A DNA stretch of 39,990 nucleotides, taken from a virus. Its lineage: Duplodnaviria > Caudoviricetes. Each line of letters begins with the position of its first letter. Within the stretch, counting starts at the first letter, position 1. The notes below the pieces were generated by a model. That model was not told the DNA's origin. It ran no database searches and saw only the letters and a program-made list of their open reading frames with translations. Of the stretch, positions 1 through 9,971 are shown piece by piece. Location: positions 1 through 39,990 of the IMG/VR virus record IMGVR_UViG_3300032225_000555. One strand, given 5' to 3'. The position numbers and the translations under genes were made by a program.

Positions 1-123
1 ACGTCGACCGGCTTGAACTTAGATTGAGCAATCGGAATAAACGCCGTTGGAGCAACAGCAGTTCCGTCCGTTACCTCTTTCGCAATACCTAGATAGGATC
101 TTACGGATGCTTGTACTGCCATG
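1..123. repeat. Terminal direct repeat copy 1 (assembly circularisation overlap)
   Basis: 1-123 is identical to 39868-39990. Confidence 0.95.
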
Positions 124-125
124 AT

Positions 126-338
126 TTATTCTCCTTGAGTTTCAGGGTTCACCGGGTCAGCCTCAACTGCCTCGGAATCTTCGACGACCTTGCTCGTCTT
201 CGGTTTCTTAGTGTCGACGATTACGAGCTTGTTGATGGTCAATCCGTCTGGACCTTCAAACTCGTCGCCGTTCTTCACGGTAACGCCAAGCGTTGGAAAC
301 ACAAGTTCCTCTTCGCCTTCGTAACGATAAAATGCCAT
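126..338 (-). CDS. Small acidic virion-module protein, hypothetical
   Basis: 70 aa ORF with AGGAG RBS, between neck genes and the major tail gene (across the circular junction). Confidence 0.7.
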   Translation of the reverse strand: MAFYRYEGEEELVFPTLGVTVKNGDEFEGPDGLTINKLVIVDTKKPKTSKVVEDSEAVEADPVNPETQGE

Positions 339-349
339 TTCTTATTCTC

Positions 350-838
350 CTAAATAGCCACAGTCTGAGTGACAACGAAGTTGATTGACGCCCAAATCTC
401 GGTCGCCGATCCTTCGTTAGTGACTGGTTCTCCGTAAGTAACACTAATGTCGGGTTCGGCCGCTTGCCAAATAACATCGCCGTCTTCGAGTCCTAGTCTA
501 TGTCCGCCGTCCCTCAATCTGTCTTTGATGGCGTCGATAATCGTATCGAAATCCGTCATCGCATCTTGAGCGTATTGAGCGACCGAGTGAGTAAAGACTT
601 GGAACTCGACATCGTAGTCGACCAACTTCCACCCGGAGTAAGCTCCTCCGTTGGCAATACGGCGTTCGCTTTCGGATCTTATGAAGACAACTCCAGCCGC
701 TCGAGTCATCTCTCCAGCAGTCGAGTTGGCTTGAAAGTTGATACGTTTCGGGAAGGACGTGAAGACTTGGTTGAGGTGAGCGATACCTGCTCCAGCAATC
801 CAGTTGCCGACAGCCGTCCGAACTTCAATACGACTCAT
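350..838 (-). CDS. Putative tail terminator / head-tail joining protein
   Basis: 162 aa; syntenic position before the tail tube gene; alpha/beta pattern ending in a terminal beta strand (WASINFVV). Confidence 0.55.
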   Translation of the reverse strand: MSRIEVRTAVGNWIAGAGIAHLNQVFTSFPKRINFQANSTAGEMTRAAGVVFIRSESERRIANGGAYSGWKLVDYDVEFQVFTHSVAQYAQDAMTDFDTIIDAIKDRLRDGGHRLGLEDGDVIWQAAEPDISVTYGEPVTNEGSATEIWASINFVVTQTVAI

Positions 839-1728
839 CGAATCCTTCTAAACGGCTTAAGGATTTCTTGAGCGTGAGCAACGTCCGAACCGACTTTTTG
901 AGATCCTTCAATCTGAGTCCCGGGAGTGTTGGTGACTTGTAGGACTAGAGAGGCGTCACCTCGGATTTTGAGGTACGCCGAGGTAATCAAGATACACGCT
1001 TGCTTTACGGCCGCTGGAAGAGAGGACACGGCAACTCCGACAGCGTGAGCGTAAAGAGTTGGAGAGGCTAGAGGAACTGTTGCGGATCCGTAAGTGTAAG
1101 AGGAGGCAACAACAACGTCTTCCGAGCTAGCTCCGTCGTAAATCTTTAGAGTCTGACCCGGAGTAATACCTAACCCGGAGTCGAGGAGAAGAGTCGACGT
1201 GCCGAGCGTCGCCGTCGTCTTAATAATTGAAACTGGATAGCCGTTGACGTATGAATAGTTGATGTAAGCCTGAGAGCGAGGATTAGAAGGAAATCCTAGT
1301 CCTAAAGGTCCTTGAGTCGACCAAGAAAGTTGACCCGATTGAAGAGGGAAAGTTACCTGCTGTTCCTCAATCCAAGTCGAAGTGAGATCCGTAATCGTGG
1401 TCATTTGACCCGGATAGAAACCGACTGAGAGGGAGTTGAGGGAAACGATTGGAGAATACTTCGGGTGAAAGCGTAAAGTGCCGTCTGGAGCCAGCCTGAC
1501 CCTTTGTTGCTCTACGTCTAGGGTGGCCGCTAGGATTTGATTACAGAACTGGTCGATGTAAGAAGACGCTCGAGTGATAGCGTTCGTGAGCTCGGCATCT
1601 TGAGCCGCCTGATTGCCACCTTGGACTAGGTTGCCGTAATCCAAAGCCGTTGGAGCGTTTTTGTATTCGTCAAGCGTCAAATAAGGTCGACTAACTTGAC
1701 GGACGATTGGACTAACTATGCTTGCCAT
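835..1728 (-). CDS. Head-tail adaptor (gp6/gp15-like) with inserted beta-rich region
   Basis: N-term YLTLDEYK...ITRASSYIDQFC and C-term LPAAVKQACIL...ILKPFRR typical of adaptors; lies downstream of the capsid gene. Confidence 0.7.
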   Translation of the reverse strand: MASIVSPIVRQVSRPYLTLDEYKNAPTALDYGNLVQGGNQAAQDAELTNAITRASSYIDQFCNQILAATLDVEQQRVRLAPDGTLRFHPKYSPIVSLNSLSVGFYPGQMTTITDLTSTWIEEQQVTFPLQSGQLSWSTQGPLGLGFPSNPRSQAYINYSYVNGYPVSIIKTTATLGTSTLLLDSGLGITPGQTLKIYDGASSEDVVVASSYTYGSATVPLASPTLYAHAVGVAVSSLPAAVKQACILITSAYLKIRGDASLVLQVTNTPGTQIEGSQKVGSDVAHAQEILKPFRRIR

Positions 1729-1993
1729 TTTCCGTTCCGCATCTCGAGCAAGTGTATTTCGGGAAGACTCCGTTGAAGGAGCAAGACTCGTTCACACACG
1801 GATAACCGGGTGAGGCGAATCCGCCGATAGTTAGACCTGCCGAGGTGAAACCTTCCGAACGCAACTTCTCGATTGCCTTCTTATCGTTCACCTCAATACG
1901 TCCAGACTTGTCGGCATTGAGTTTGACTTTAGATCCGTCAGGACGCTCGAGGTCTACGCCACGAACTCCGTCCGGTCCTCTTAGGTCTGCCAT
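1712..1993 (-). CDS. Hypothetical protein with C-terminal Cys4 zinc ribbon
   Basis: 93 aa, CxxxxC...CxxC; preceded by the AGGCTAAAC start motif. Confidence 0.7.
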   Translation of the reverse strand: MADLRGPDGVRGVDLERPDGSKVKLNADKSGRIEVNDKKAIEKLRSEGFTSAGLTIGGFASPGYPCVNESCSFNGVFPKYTCSRCGTENGKHS

Positions 1994-2016
1994 GAGTGTT
2001 TAGCCTCTCTTAGTGA

Positions 2017-2054
2017 GAAGGGAGGAGAGTCCAATCAAGGATCCTCCTCCCTCC
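2017..2054 (-). terminator. Stem-loop downstream of capsid gene (terminator/processing or regulatory hairpin)
   Basis: Arms 2019-2027 AGGGAGGAG and 2044-2052 CTCCTCCCT; no strong U-tract. Confidence 0.55.
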
Positions 2055-2067
2055 GTCGTCAATCAGA

Positions 2068-3711
2068 TTACGCTGACTTGATTCCAGTCACTACACCGTT
2101 CCAAGCTGGAGCGTAGCAGACGAATCCACCTCTCCAGTATGTGCTGAACTCGTAAGCGAACTGAGTTACAGGCCATTGAACTCCCATGTAGTCCTGAACG
2201 TTCACAGCCGCCCAAACGTCCGAAACCTCGGTGTCTGGAATCGGTAGTGTGTAGGACATAACCGGAGCAACACCCTGAGGTAGCCAAGGGTGAACGCTCA
2301 AGTCGACTAGCTTACCGGTAATCTCGTTGTAAAGACCTCCGATAACTGCTCCACCCTTGTAATCGCCTCGCTCGTCTTGAGTTAGGTTCAAACGGTAGTT
2401 AGCATTGGATCCGTTCTTGATTGCGTCTGACAACTGTTTGCGGTCAGAGCCGTTCAACCAAATCTCGTCAGGATCCGCTTTCACGTTATCCCAAAGAGTT
2501 CCGAAGATGGTCTGGAACTCGGCACCCGGGTTCGATGTTGAGAACTGAGAGTTAACTCGGTTCACAGTACCACCAGCAAAAATCTGAGGCAAGATACCAT
2601 CGTAACCAGTTGCGTAAGCAGACGTGTTAGTTGAAGTTGACGGCACTCTAGTCGAGGTTGTTGAGTAAACAATGTTGTCGTTTACAGTCGGACCAGCAGA
2701 GTTCACAATACCAACCAAAGAAGTAAAACGACCTTGATAAACAGTATTAGCGGCACCTGTTGTTGTTCCGATGTAGACGTTGTAACCCAAGTTACCGACT
2801 GTGCTAGCAGGAGCAGTTACGGTGATTACCATTGACTGAGTTGAAGTGATGGTGATAGTCGCCTCTGAAGACGAAACAGATTCACCGAACGCTCCAGCAT
2901 CAGCAGTAACACGAACATAGTAAGTTCCGTTGGTCAGACCAGTCGCACCTGTTGCTGCCGCTTGCTGAGTTACTGTGATTGTCGGAGCCGCTAACGCACC
3001 AGATAAACCGGTTGCTGTTCCACGGCTCATCAACATCATTCTTTCTTCCATCAACATAGATGAGTAAAGAGTTGAAGTTGAAGACAACTGACGTAAATCC
3101 TCGTAACCCTGACCAGAGAAGTTGGCGTCAAAGCTAACTGCGTCTGATAGTGAGTATGAGAAATAAGGGAAAGTTACATCATCTGCTGTATAAGAAATCT
3201 TCGGTCCACGCTGGAAGTTGATTGACCCGAAAGCAGTTGTTGTAGATTCTGTAACACCAGGCCATACCTGTCCCTGACCACCAGTACCAGTTCCTGTGTA
3301 ACCGGTGATTCTCTTGATGCGGTGAGAAGTACCGATACCCTTTTTACGAACAATCTTGTTACGTAGAGGAGTTGGACGTGGAGTAAGCAACTTGGCTGGA
3401 GCCTCGAGGTCGAAGGCAGCGAAGGAGCTTGATAGAGGGGAGGTTAGTGTGATGTCTTTCACGATGTCGGCGTTCACTCCACGCTGAACTGCTAGAGCCG
3501 CGTTTAGAGATCCGACTGCATCAGGACTTAGGGACTTGTTAGCAACAAGAGCCTCAATCTGAGATGTAGGGTCAACCTGTGTAGGTTGTCCGGGCATAGA
3601 AGTCGGTACGCTGAAAGACTTGTTTAGAGTCGTTAGGTACTCTTCCATTTTGGTTGCGGACTCTTTTGGTGACGCATCACCAAAGAGGTCCTTTGCTTTT
3701 ACTGGTTCCAT
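2068..3711 (-). CDS. Major capsid protein with internal Ig/FN3-like insertion
   Basis: 547 aa following the protease gene; PRPTPLRNKI motif; Thr-rich beta-sandwich segment (GTYYVRVTA...GES...GYNVYIG). Confidence 0.85.
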   Translation of the reverse strand: MEPVKAKDLFGDASPKESATKMEEYLTTLNKSFSVPTSMPGQPTQVDPTSQIEALVANKSLSPDAVGSLNAALAVQRGVNADIVKDITLTSPLSSSFAAFDLEAPAKLLTPRPTPLRNKIVRKKGIGTSHRIKRITGYTGTGTGGQGQVWPGVTESTTTAFGSINFQRGPKISYTADDVTFPYFSYSLSDAVSFDANFSGQGYEDLRQLSSTSTLYSSMLMEERMMLMSRGTATGLSGALAAPTITVTQQAAATGATGLTNGTYYVRVTADAGAFGESVSSSEATITITSTQSMVITVTAPASTVGNLGYNVYIGTTTGAANTVYQGRFTSLVGIVNSAGPTVNDNIVYSTTSTRVPSTSTNTSAYATGYDGILPQIFAGGTVNRVNSQFSTSNPGAEFQTIFGTLWDNVKADPDEIWLNGSDRKQLSDAIKNGSNANYRLNLTQDERGDYKGGAVIGGLYNEITGKLVDLSVHPWLPQGVAPVMSYTLPIPDTEVSDVWAAVNVQDYMGVQWPVTQFAYEFSTYWRGGFVCYAPAWNGVVTGIKSA

Positions 3712-3725
3712 GATTGGATAACTCC

Positions 3726-5081
3726 TTATGAGTTGGCTTGTTGACGAGCTTCTTCTGCTAGTTCCTTGTATCCCTTAGCGAGAATCGGATCTAGAGTTTG
3801 ACTTGCCTTTAGTGAGTACTCTGCCGCCTTTTGGAGCAGAGCGTTATTGGTGATGTCTGGAGTTGCGTTTCCGGTCCTCTTCGGACCGATTGGAGCAACT
3901 GCCTTCTTCGCCGTCACTAGCTCATCTGCGAGTCGAGATTTCTCTAACTGCTCTGCCTCTAACGCAGACTTTAGTAGAGTAATCTCCTCTGTCACGGATG
4001 CCTTAGCCTGTGCTACGGCTTTCTCAACAATAGAGCCGATTTGCTCTTCGTTGAAATCTATGGTTGTCGACTTGTCTGCCGACATCTCGGCGTCAGCGTC
4101 TTTCGAACACTTGTCGCACTTGCCCTCGTCGTCAAGAGCCTTGCCACACTTGTCGCATTTAGCGTCTTCGGTAGCGTCCTTAGCAGACAACTCAACGTCG
4201 TCTTTGACTGCCTCAGCAATGGTTGGACTTTCGACTTCGCCTTCAGCGACTTCGCCTTCGTACCAAGCAAACAAGTGATGGACTGCCTCGAGAAGTTGAG
4301 AGATTGAATACGATTCGTTCGATCCTTCAGCCATCTCGCCAGCCTCGATTGTAATGAGGTTCGCTAGTTCGGTACGAGCTCGGTCAAAAGTCGCTTGGTC
4401 GAACTTGTTTAGAGTTGAGAAGAAAGACTTGGCGGTGTTCAATAGTTCGGCCGCTTGCTCTACTTCAGGATCTCCAGCCGGGGTTTCCTCGACAACTGGC
4501 TCTTCGGTTGGCTCGGTTGGCTCAACCACTACTTCCGGGTCAACGACCTCGGTCACTATCTCTTCGACTTCGGTGTTTTCCAACACTTCGTCTGCTTGTT
4601 CTACTGCCATCAGTTCTCCGCTTTCAGCCGCCTTAGCGAGCATTAGTTTCGCATTTGGATTTGCTGGTCTGTCGACCAGACTTACTTCAACGATAGTGCC
4701 ATCTATGATACGTCCTCCAGCGGCCTTTTCGTCACGAATAATACGAGGTGAACGGATCCCGATTGAGAAACCTTTCAACACGCCTGTTTCGACTTTCTTG
4801 ACGCTAACAGGATCGACGACTAGAGCCGTGATGTAATGTCCATCACCCTTGAGCTCGTAATCGGTTGCGACTCCAGCGGCTATGTTCGAGTGTTGCTCTC
4901 GGACGTTACCTCCAGACATCATCCAGTCCGGCATCGCTCTCTTGAGCCAAGTTTCGTCGCAAATCTGTTGGTCGATGTCGATTGAGTCGTCTGTTGCTTT
5001 GCCGTATACGGTAAGAGTTCCGTCCGGGTTCTTGTCTGCCTTCTCAATAGAGGCGTATGCTTGTGCAATCCGTTCAGCCAT
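3726..5081 (-). CDS. Prohead maturation protease fused to acidic scaffold region
   Basis: HK97-type protease motifs VREQH, LKGFSIG, EVSLVDRPANP; long acidic/coiled C-terminal part. Confidence 0.85.
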   Translation of the reverse strand: MAERIAQAYASIEKADKNPDGTLTVYGKATDDSIDIDQQICDETWLKRAMPDWMMSGGNVREQHSNIAAGVATDYELKGDGHYITALVVDPVSVKKVETGVLKGFSIGIRSPRIIRDEKAAGGRIIDGTIVEVSLVDRPANPNAKLMLAKAAESGELMAVEQADEVLENTEVEEIVTEVVDPEVVVEPTEPTEEPVVEETPAGDPEVEQAAELLNTAKSFFSTLNKFDQATFDRARTELANLITIEAGEMAEGSNESYSISQLLEAVHHLFAWYEGEVAEGEVESPTIAEAVKDDVELSAKDATEDAKCDKCGKALDDEGKCDKCSKDADAEMSADKSTTIDFNEEQIGSIVEKAVAQAKASVTEEITLLKSALEAEQLEKSRLADELVTAKKAVAPIGPKRTGNATPDITNNALLQKAAEYSLKASQTLDPILAKGYKELAEEARQQANS

Positions 5082-5090
5082 ACTGTTCTC

Positions 5091-5387
5091 CTAGATACCC
5101 GAGTAAGTTATGACGACTGCACCAGCCGCAGTAGCCGCACCATTGGTGAGAGCGTAGACCTCATCGCCAGCTTTCAGCCAAAGTTGAAAAGAAACACCTG
5201 TCGTAATTGCGTGACCTCGAGTTGCTCCAGTATTAGAAATAGTTTTATCACCAATGTAGATGGTTGCCGAATCGAGATTTTGAATTTGAACTGCGGTGGT
5301 TTCGACGCCAATCGGCATCTTCAATATCAGTTGTGGAGTACCAGGTACTGGAACTGGAAGAGTTACGTTGATGTGGACGAGTGCCAT
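5091..5387 (-). CDS. Small beta-rich virion-associated protein, hypothetical
   Basis: Start re-called at ATG 5387 (MALVHINV) after GAAAGG RBS; QN...IYIG...G pattern of small head-module proteins. Confidence 0.6.
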   Translation of the reverse strand: MALVHINVTLPVPVPGTPQLILKMPIGVETTAVQIQNLDSATIYIGDKTISNTGATRGHAITTGVSFQLWLKAGDEVYALTNGAATAAGAVVITYSGI

Positions 5388-5435
5388 TAGGGTCAACCTT
5401 TCATAGAGAGTCGAGCTCTGTTTCAATCATAGTAT

Positions 5436-6314
5436 CTATTCCTCGATTTGCTCACGGACCGGGGAAGAGTCGTCTTCGATGTAAGGGAGGATTGAGCAAC
5501 GGCAGTTCGGGTGAGCAGGTGGTTCGGTATCTCCCGAAGGGAACTCCGATCCGAGAGGAATAGGACCGGCGTCAGCGTTCTCCTCGCAATACTCGCAACC
5601 CTCAAGAGCAAACCACTCCACCCGATCTAAGCCAAGCTCGGTGTAAGTGTCCATTGAGGCGACACTCATTGCTCGGTTCATCTCGGTCGTAGCGATACTC
5701 AACGCTCTCTGCGGATCCTTCGACAAGTTACGGATACCGAGAGCGATAATCTCTTTCGCAACACTCAGGTCAGTCAACCCGAGTCCGAGAGCGTCAGCCA
5801 AGACAGTTCCAATTCGGTCACGGCTAGTCCGAGATACACCCTGAATCGTTACCGGCTTAGTCCTTCGGAGAAGAGCGTCCAATCCACCTTTCGGACGGAG
5901 AAGAGCCTCAGCCGCTCTATGCCCGGGACGCCAAGTCGACCAGTCGAATCGGGTTGGTTGTTTAGGATCTAGTTTCGGCGGCTTAGGAGCCGGAGCTTTA
6001 GTCTGAACCCGGAGGCGTATTCCCTTAGCCTCAGCGACTAGCTCGTTTGCCAAGTCTTCACCTAGAATCCACCCGGACGCATACAACTCGTCCATCGCTC
6101 TTGAAAGTTCCCTAGCGTCGATAGTGACGTGGATCCTCGTCCAATCCCTAGCCTGTTGTGGAGTGACATTGGAGCCTAAAGGGAAATCGTGTAGAAAGTC
6201 TTCGGCAATCTTGTCCGGGTCAAGTCCTCTACGGATAGCAGAGGCGATTCCGTCTGCCAGTCGAGTCGCAGTTCGGACGAGAGCCGCATCAGACGCTTTA
6301 GCCGTAGACCTCAT
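5436..6314 (-). CDS. MuF-like (Mu gpF) minor head morphogenesis protein
   Basis: IATTEMNRA, CEYC, PPAHPNCRC motifs; start at 6314 overlaps the portal stop (TAATG). Confidence 0.85.
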   Translation of the reverse strand: MRSTAKASDAALVRTATRLADGIASAIRRGLDPDKIAEDFLHDFPLGSNVTPQQARDWTRIHVTIDARELSRAMDELYASGWILGEDLANELVAEAKGIRLRVQTKAPAPKPPKLDPKQPTRFDWSTWRPGHRAAEALLRPKGGLDALLRRTKPVTIQGVSRTSRDRIGTVLADALGLGLTDLSVAKEIIALGIRNLSKDPQRALSIATTEMNRAMSVASMDTYTELGLDRVEWFALEGCEYCEENADAGPIPLGSEFPSGDTEPPAHPNCRCSILPYIEDDSSPVREQIEE

Positions 6315-8242
6315 TACAGGTATCGCTCGGCGTACCATCTAGCAGAGTCGAAGTCCCTAGCCTCAACGAACTTGTTGAGCGTCTTAGCGTAAGTCGAAGA
6401 TAGAGCAACGAACTCGAAGGACCGGGACGGCGACTTGCGAACCCAACGAATGAACTGTCGGATCTCCTCTTGAGCGGCCTTCTCTTTCTTGTCCTCTTCC
6501 TCGTCCTCAGACTTGTCCGGGTTAGGAGCTTCGTCCGTTTCAGGTAACTCTTCTCCGGGTTCCTCCTCGGCGGGTTCGACCTCTTCCCCGGGTTCTTCTC
6601 CGGGTTCAACGTCCGAGTTCTCCTCAGGAGCGACCTCGCCATTAGGCAAGATTTCTCCGGGTTGAACGTCCTCGTCCGTAGCGTCAACTAGCGATCCTGT
6701 CGACATATCCATCAAGCCGTTCTCCGTTAGGAAATAACCTGTCTGGTGAGTTAGGAAGATTGGAACGTCTGCCTCCTCAGCCTCAAGGAGTGATAAACCT
6801 GCTCTGGCTCGAGCCTCGTTGATAGCCAACGATCCGTTTTTGAGCCTGATGTCGTCTGCCTGAGCAATAGCCGTATCGTCATTTCGGACGCTTTCCATGA
6901 ACTTAAACTCGAGTTCTCGAGGCATACCGAGATAGACGTATGACAGATGCGACAGCATTCGTCCCATCCACTTTGATAGAGGCACTAGACCGATAACTTC
7001 GCTCGAGGTTGACTCTCCTGCTTGGAACCCAGCACCACCTAGTCCAGACTCTGGATTTATACCAATCTCCGAAGGCATAATACCGAAGTGTCCACAGATT
7101 GAGTTGACGAGCCACTTGTCGAGAGTGTCCTTGAACTTTTCGCCGTAGCCTTCGAATTGAACAGGATCTAGTCCAGCAGGGAGGAGCGTGGCTTTACGTC
7201 TTTGCTCGGTCTGTCCTCCGAGGTTGTCGTTCAAGATGTTTTCGTAAGCTCGTAGCAAGTCCGGGTTGTTACCAAAGTTGGCGTCCGATTTGAGCATCAA
7301 GTCTGGTAGAACGCCGTCCGTGTATTCGGCTCGTAGCCATTGTTGACGGCGAAGATAGATGTCGGCTATTGGCAGACAACGCTCGACCGGAGAATAGCCG
7401 TAGACGCTCATAGTCCTTCTGTTACGGACTAGGTAAGAGAGCTCGTCGCTGGTAAACGTTCCGTCAGCCTTCACGTTTTCGTCTGGAGCAGAGAACTCGG
7501 ATCTCGGGAAACCAAATAGTATCTGCTGGAAGGCGGCGTTCGGTGCGACAGGTCGCATACCTCGGTCGTCGATAAGAGGCTTGATAGTTGAGCCGTCTAG
7601 GATTTGTAATCCGTGGAGTTTCTCTCCAACGTTGGTCTGCGGCCAGACGGCTAGAGCGTCCAACACCAATACGTCCTCGAGAGCCATGTTCAGCCAGTCG
7701 GCAAAAATAAGTCCATTGCTTGGATCCGGGTTCTTCCAGAAAGCTCGTAGACGGCTAATCTCTGGACTGAACTCCTCTTTGGCAACTTGTTGAGCTCGAA
7801 GAGAGGATAGACCTGTTTCCTTGGCGACTTTCTCTGTCGCATCGTCCGTCAGGATAATGTCCCAATCTAGTCCGACCATTTTATTCTTCATCGCCTCGAC
7901 GCAACGTCTAATGATGTCTATCTGGTCTGCGGCGGCTCGAAGAGTTTTGAAGGGGACGAGTCGTGTTTCAGTAATGTTGATGTTTTGAGCAACTTGGTAT
8001 TCGTAACGTCTAGGATCGGGACGACCATCAGAACGGACCGGGTTGATGGCACTCGGGATAATCGGCATACCCGGAGCGAACGGCACTCGAGCTAAATTAG
8101 GGTTACGTTCAAGAGGGACGCTAGTGCCGATACCTTGATTACCGAGATTGTTCAGCATCGCCTGACTTATCGGCGTTACTGTCGGAGCAACTTTAGTAAT
8201 CTCCGTTGCGAGTCTGGTTACAAAGTTATCAAATAGTCCCAT
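6314..8242 (-). CDS. Portal protein with acidic C-terminal extension
   Basis: Follows TerL; YGYSPVE, FGIMPSEIG, INEARARAGL motifs. Confidence 0.9.
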   Translation of the reverse strand: MGLFDNFVTRLATEITKVAPTVTPISQAMLNNLGNQGIGTSVPLERNPNLARVPFAPGMPIIPSAINPVRSDGRPDPRRYEYQVAQNINITETRLVPFKTLRAAADQIDIIRRCVEAMKNKMVGLDWDIILTDDATEKVAKETGLSSLRAQQVAKEEFSPEISRLRAFWKNPDPSNGLIFADWLNMALEDVLVLDALAVWPQTNVGEKLHGLQILDGSTIKPLIDDRGMRPVAPNAAFQQILFGFPRSEFSAPDENVKADGTFTSDELSYLVRNRRTMSVYGYSPVERCLPIADIYLRRQQWLRAEYTDGVLPDLMLKSDANFGNNPDLLRAYENILNDNLGGQTEQRRKATLLPAGLDPVQFEGYGEKFKDTLDKWLVNSICGHFGIMPSEIGINPESGLGGAGFQAGESTSSEVIGLVPLSKWMGRMLSHLSYVYLGMPRELEFKFMESVRNDDTAIAQADDIRLKNGSLAINEARARAGLSLLEAEEADVPIFLTHQTGYFLTENGLMDMSTGSLVDATDEDVQPGEILPNGEVAPEENSDVEPGEEPGEEVEPAEEEPGEELPETDEAPNPDKSEDEEEDKKEKAAQEEIRQFIRWVRKSPSRSFEFVALSSTYAKTLNKFVEARDFDSARWYAERYL

Positions 8243-8246
8243 GTGG

Positions 8247-9605
8247 TTATCCTAACGCCGTATGGCAAGTCGGGCAGAACTTGGCTGTCTTCGGTGCTGG
8301 CATACGACACGATGGACAGAACTGAGCAAGAGCCGCTATACCTAGCATAGAGGACGCTCCCTCCATTAAGTCGGTCATCGCCCAAACTAGAGCGTCCAGA
8401 CGATCCGGAGAGAAGTCGGATAGAGGAGTGTAGTTTGTCATCTGGTCTTCGAGTTGAGCGAACGATCCGACATGGTGAGCTCGATTCTGTTCGTAGAGCG
8501 AGGCTACTGGTTCGGCTCGGAGAAGTTTGCCTCGGGTTGCCGTAACTTTCTTGTAAGGGATTAGCGGGTCAACTTGTCGGAGGAGCGATTCAATCATGTC
8601 GCCTCCGTTGTTGCCTTCACCGATAATGCGATCCGCTTTCCAGCGATAATACGCCTCGACTGCTTTCCTAGCCCAAGCGTCCGGTCCTGCTCTGAGGCTT
8701 ACGTCTTCGAGGATGTAGTAATGTCCGTCGCTCGTCACTCCAGCGACCACGATACCGGTTTCGTCCGAGTCCGGCTTAGAGGTTACAGCCGGGTCAATCG
8801 CAACTACAATCCTGATTAGAGGAGGACACTCTTGAACCCGGGTTTCGTCTAGTAGAGAGTTCGTCCATAGAGCTCCGTCCACCTCGTCGATAATCTCGCC
8901 GTAGAGTTCTTGGCGTCCTAGTCGAGTTCCTTCGTATCGGAGTTTGAGGTCTGCTAGAGCCGTTGGAGCGAGGTTGTTGGCATTGTCGAAAGTCGATCCT
9001 CGGGTGACGGCGACAGTTCCGTCAGGTCGATTGGCTAGGGAGCGTATGAGGCTAGTTGGTCGAGGAGTTGTAGTGACGATGATACGAGGTTTGTCGCCTA
9101 GTCGTAGACCGAACTGGAGTTGGTCCCAAGCGTCCGTGTAGCGATAGGCCGCTAACTCGTCGCACCAAGCTCCGTGATGTTGAGGACCTCGAAAGCGGTC
9201 CGGCTTGTCGGCAGAGAAGAGCTTTATTCGAGATCCGTTGTTGAGAAGGATTTCTCCAAGCGACCTATTCCAGTCTTTGAGCATTTTGTATCTTCGGAGG
9301 ACGTTGAGAATGCCAGACTCTCCCTCGGCACAGGTATCTCTAGCGTCAGCGTAAGTTGGAGCGACGATTGCCCATCTAGTACCCGGAGAGGAGATGGCTT
9401 GGTCTGCGAGCCACTCGGCCGCCGTCCTAGTCTTACCTGCTCCTCGTCCAGCCAGATACAGCCAGACGTTCCAATCGCCTTCGGGTGCTAACTGCTCTTG
9501 ACGAGCTTGTTCAGCCTTCCAACGATAGCGGCTTGCTCGAATCCACTGTGCTGAGTAGTCCAATGATTCTTTCGATGTCTTCGTTGTAGTCGTAGTTTCC
9601 GTCAT
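8247..9605 (-). CDS. terL: Terminase large subunit
   Basis: Walker A GRGAGKT, Walker B AWCDE, TTTP, RNase H-like AIDPA...DRLDA; true start may be TTG ~9563. Confidence 0.95.
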   Translation of the reverse strand: MTETTTTTKTSKESLDYSAQWIRASRYRWKAEQARQEQLAPEGDWNVWLYLAGRGAGKTRTAAEWLADQAISSPGTRWAIVAPTYADARDTCAEGESGILNVLRRYKMLKDWNRSLGEILLNNGSRIKLFSADKPDRFRGPQHHGAWCDELAAYRYTDAWDQLQFGLRLGDKPRIIVTTTPRPTSLIRSLANRPDGTVAVTRGSTFDNANNLAPTALADLKLRYEGTRLGRQELYGEIIDEVDGALWTNSLLDETRVQECPPLIRIVVAIDPAVTSKPDSDETGIVVAGVTSDGHYYILEDVSLRAGPDAWARKAVEAYYRWKADRIIGEGNNGGDMIESLLRQVDPLIPYKKVTATRGKLLRAEPVASLYEQNRAHHVGSFAQLEDQMTNYTPLSDFSPDRLDALVWAMTDLMEGASSMLGIAALAQFCPSCRMPAPKTAKFCPTCHTALG

Positions 9606-9966
9606 AGTTCACCACCTCTGCTTGAACCTTAGTTGGAGCCTCAAGTCCGAGGAGTTTCGCTCGACGATCCATTACCTTCAGGACGACTTCGGCGGCTCTC
9701 TTATCCCGGTCTACGATTGCTGGAGTCCAGAACGCTCTCTGAATCCTGTCGAGCCGATCGAGTTCAAGATCCCTAATCTCGTCTACGCTTTCACGTTGAA
9801 CCCGGGACACTACTCTCGCATACGCTTTCTGAGCTCCAGAGGCGTTAGCGTAACCAACGGCTACTGCGATACGTTCCCAAGTTTCTCCGGATCTCCTCAA
9901 CTCGAGGACCTTGTTCTCTTTATCGAACTGCTCGGGAGGGACAGACTTTCGTTTCTTTGTCGCCAC
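9511..9966 (-). CDS. terS: Terminase small subunit (HTH)
   Basis: Directly upstream of and overlapping TerL; HTH (ELRRSGETWERIA) and RRAKLLGL motif. Confidence 0.8.
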   Translation of the reverse strand: MATKKRKSVPPEQFDKENKVLELRRSGETWERIAVAVGYANASGAQKAYARVVSRVQRESVDEIRDLELDRLDRIQRAFWTPAIVDRDKRAAEVVLKVMDRRAKLLGLEAPTKVQAEVVNYDGNYDYNEDIERIIGLLSTVDSSKPLSLEG

Positions 9967-9971
9967 TATGG

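Noticed and set aside
6298-6687. 129-aa Arg-rich alternative-frame ORF inside the portal 3' end
   Set aside because: Frame-shifted read of the low-complexity Glu/Pro-rich portal tail
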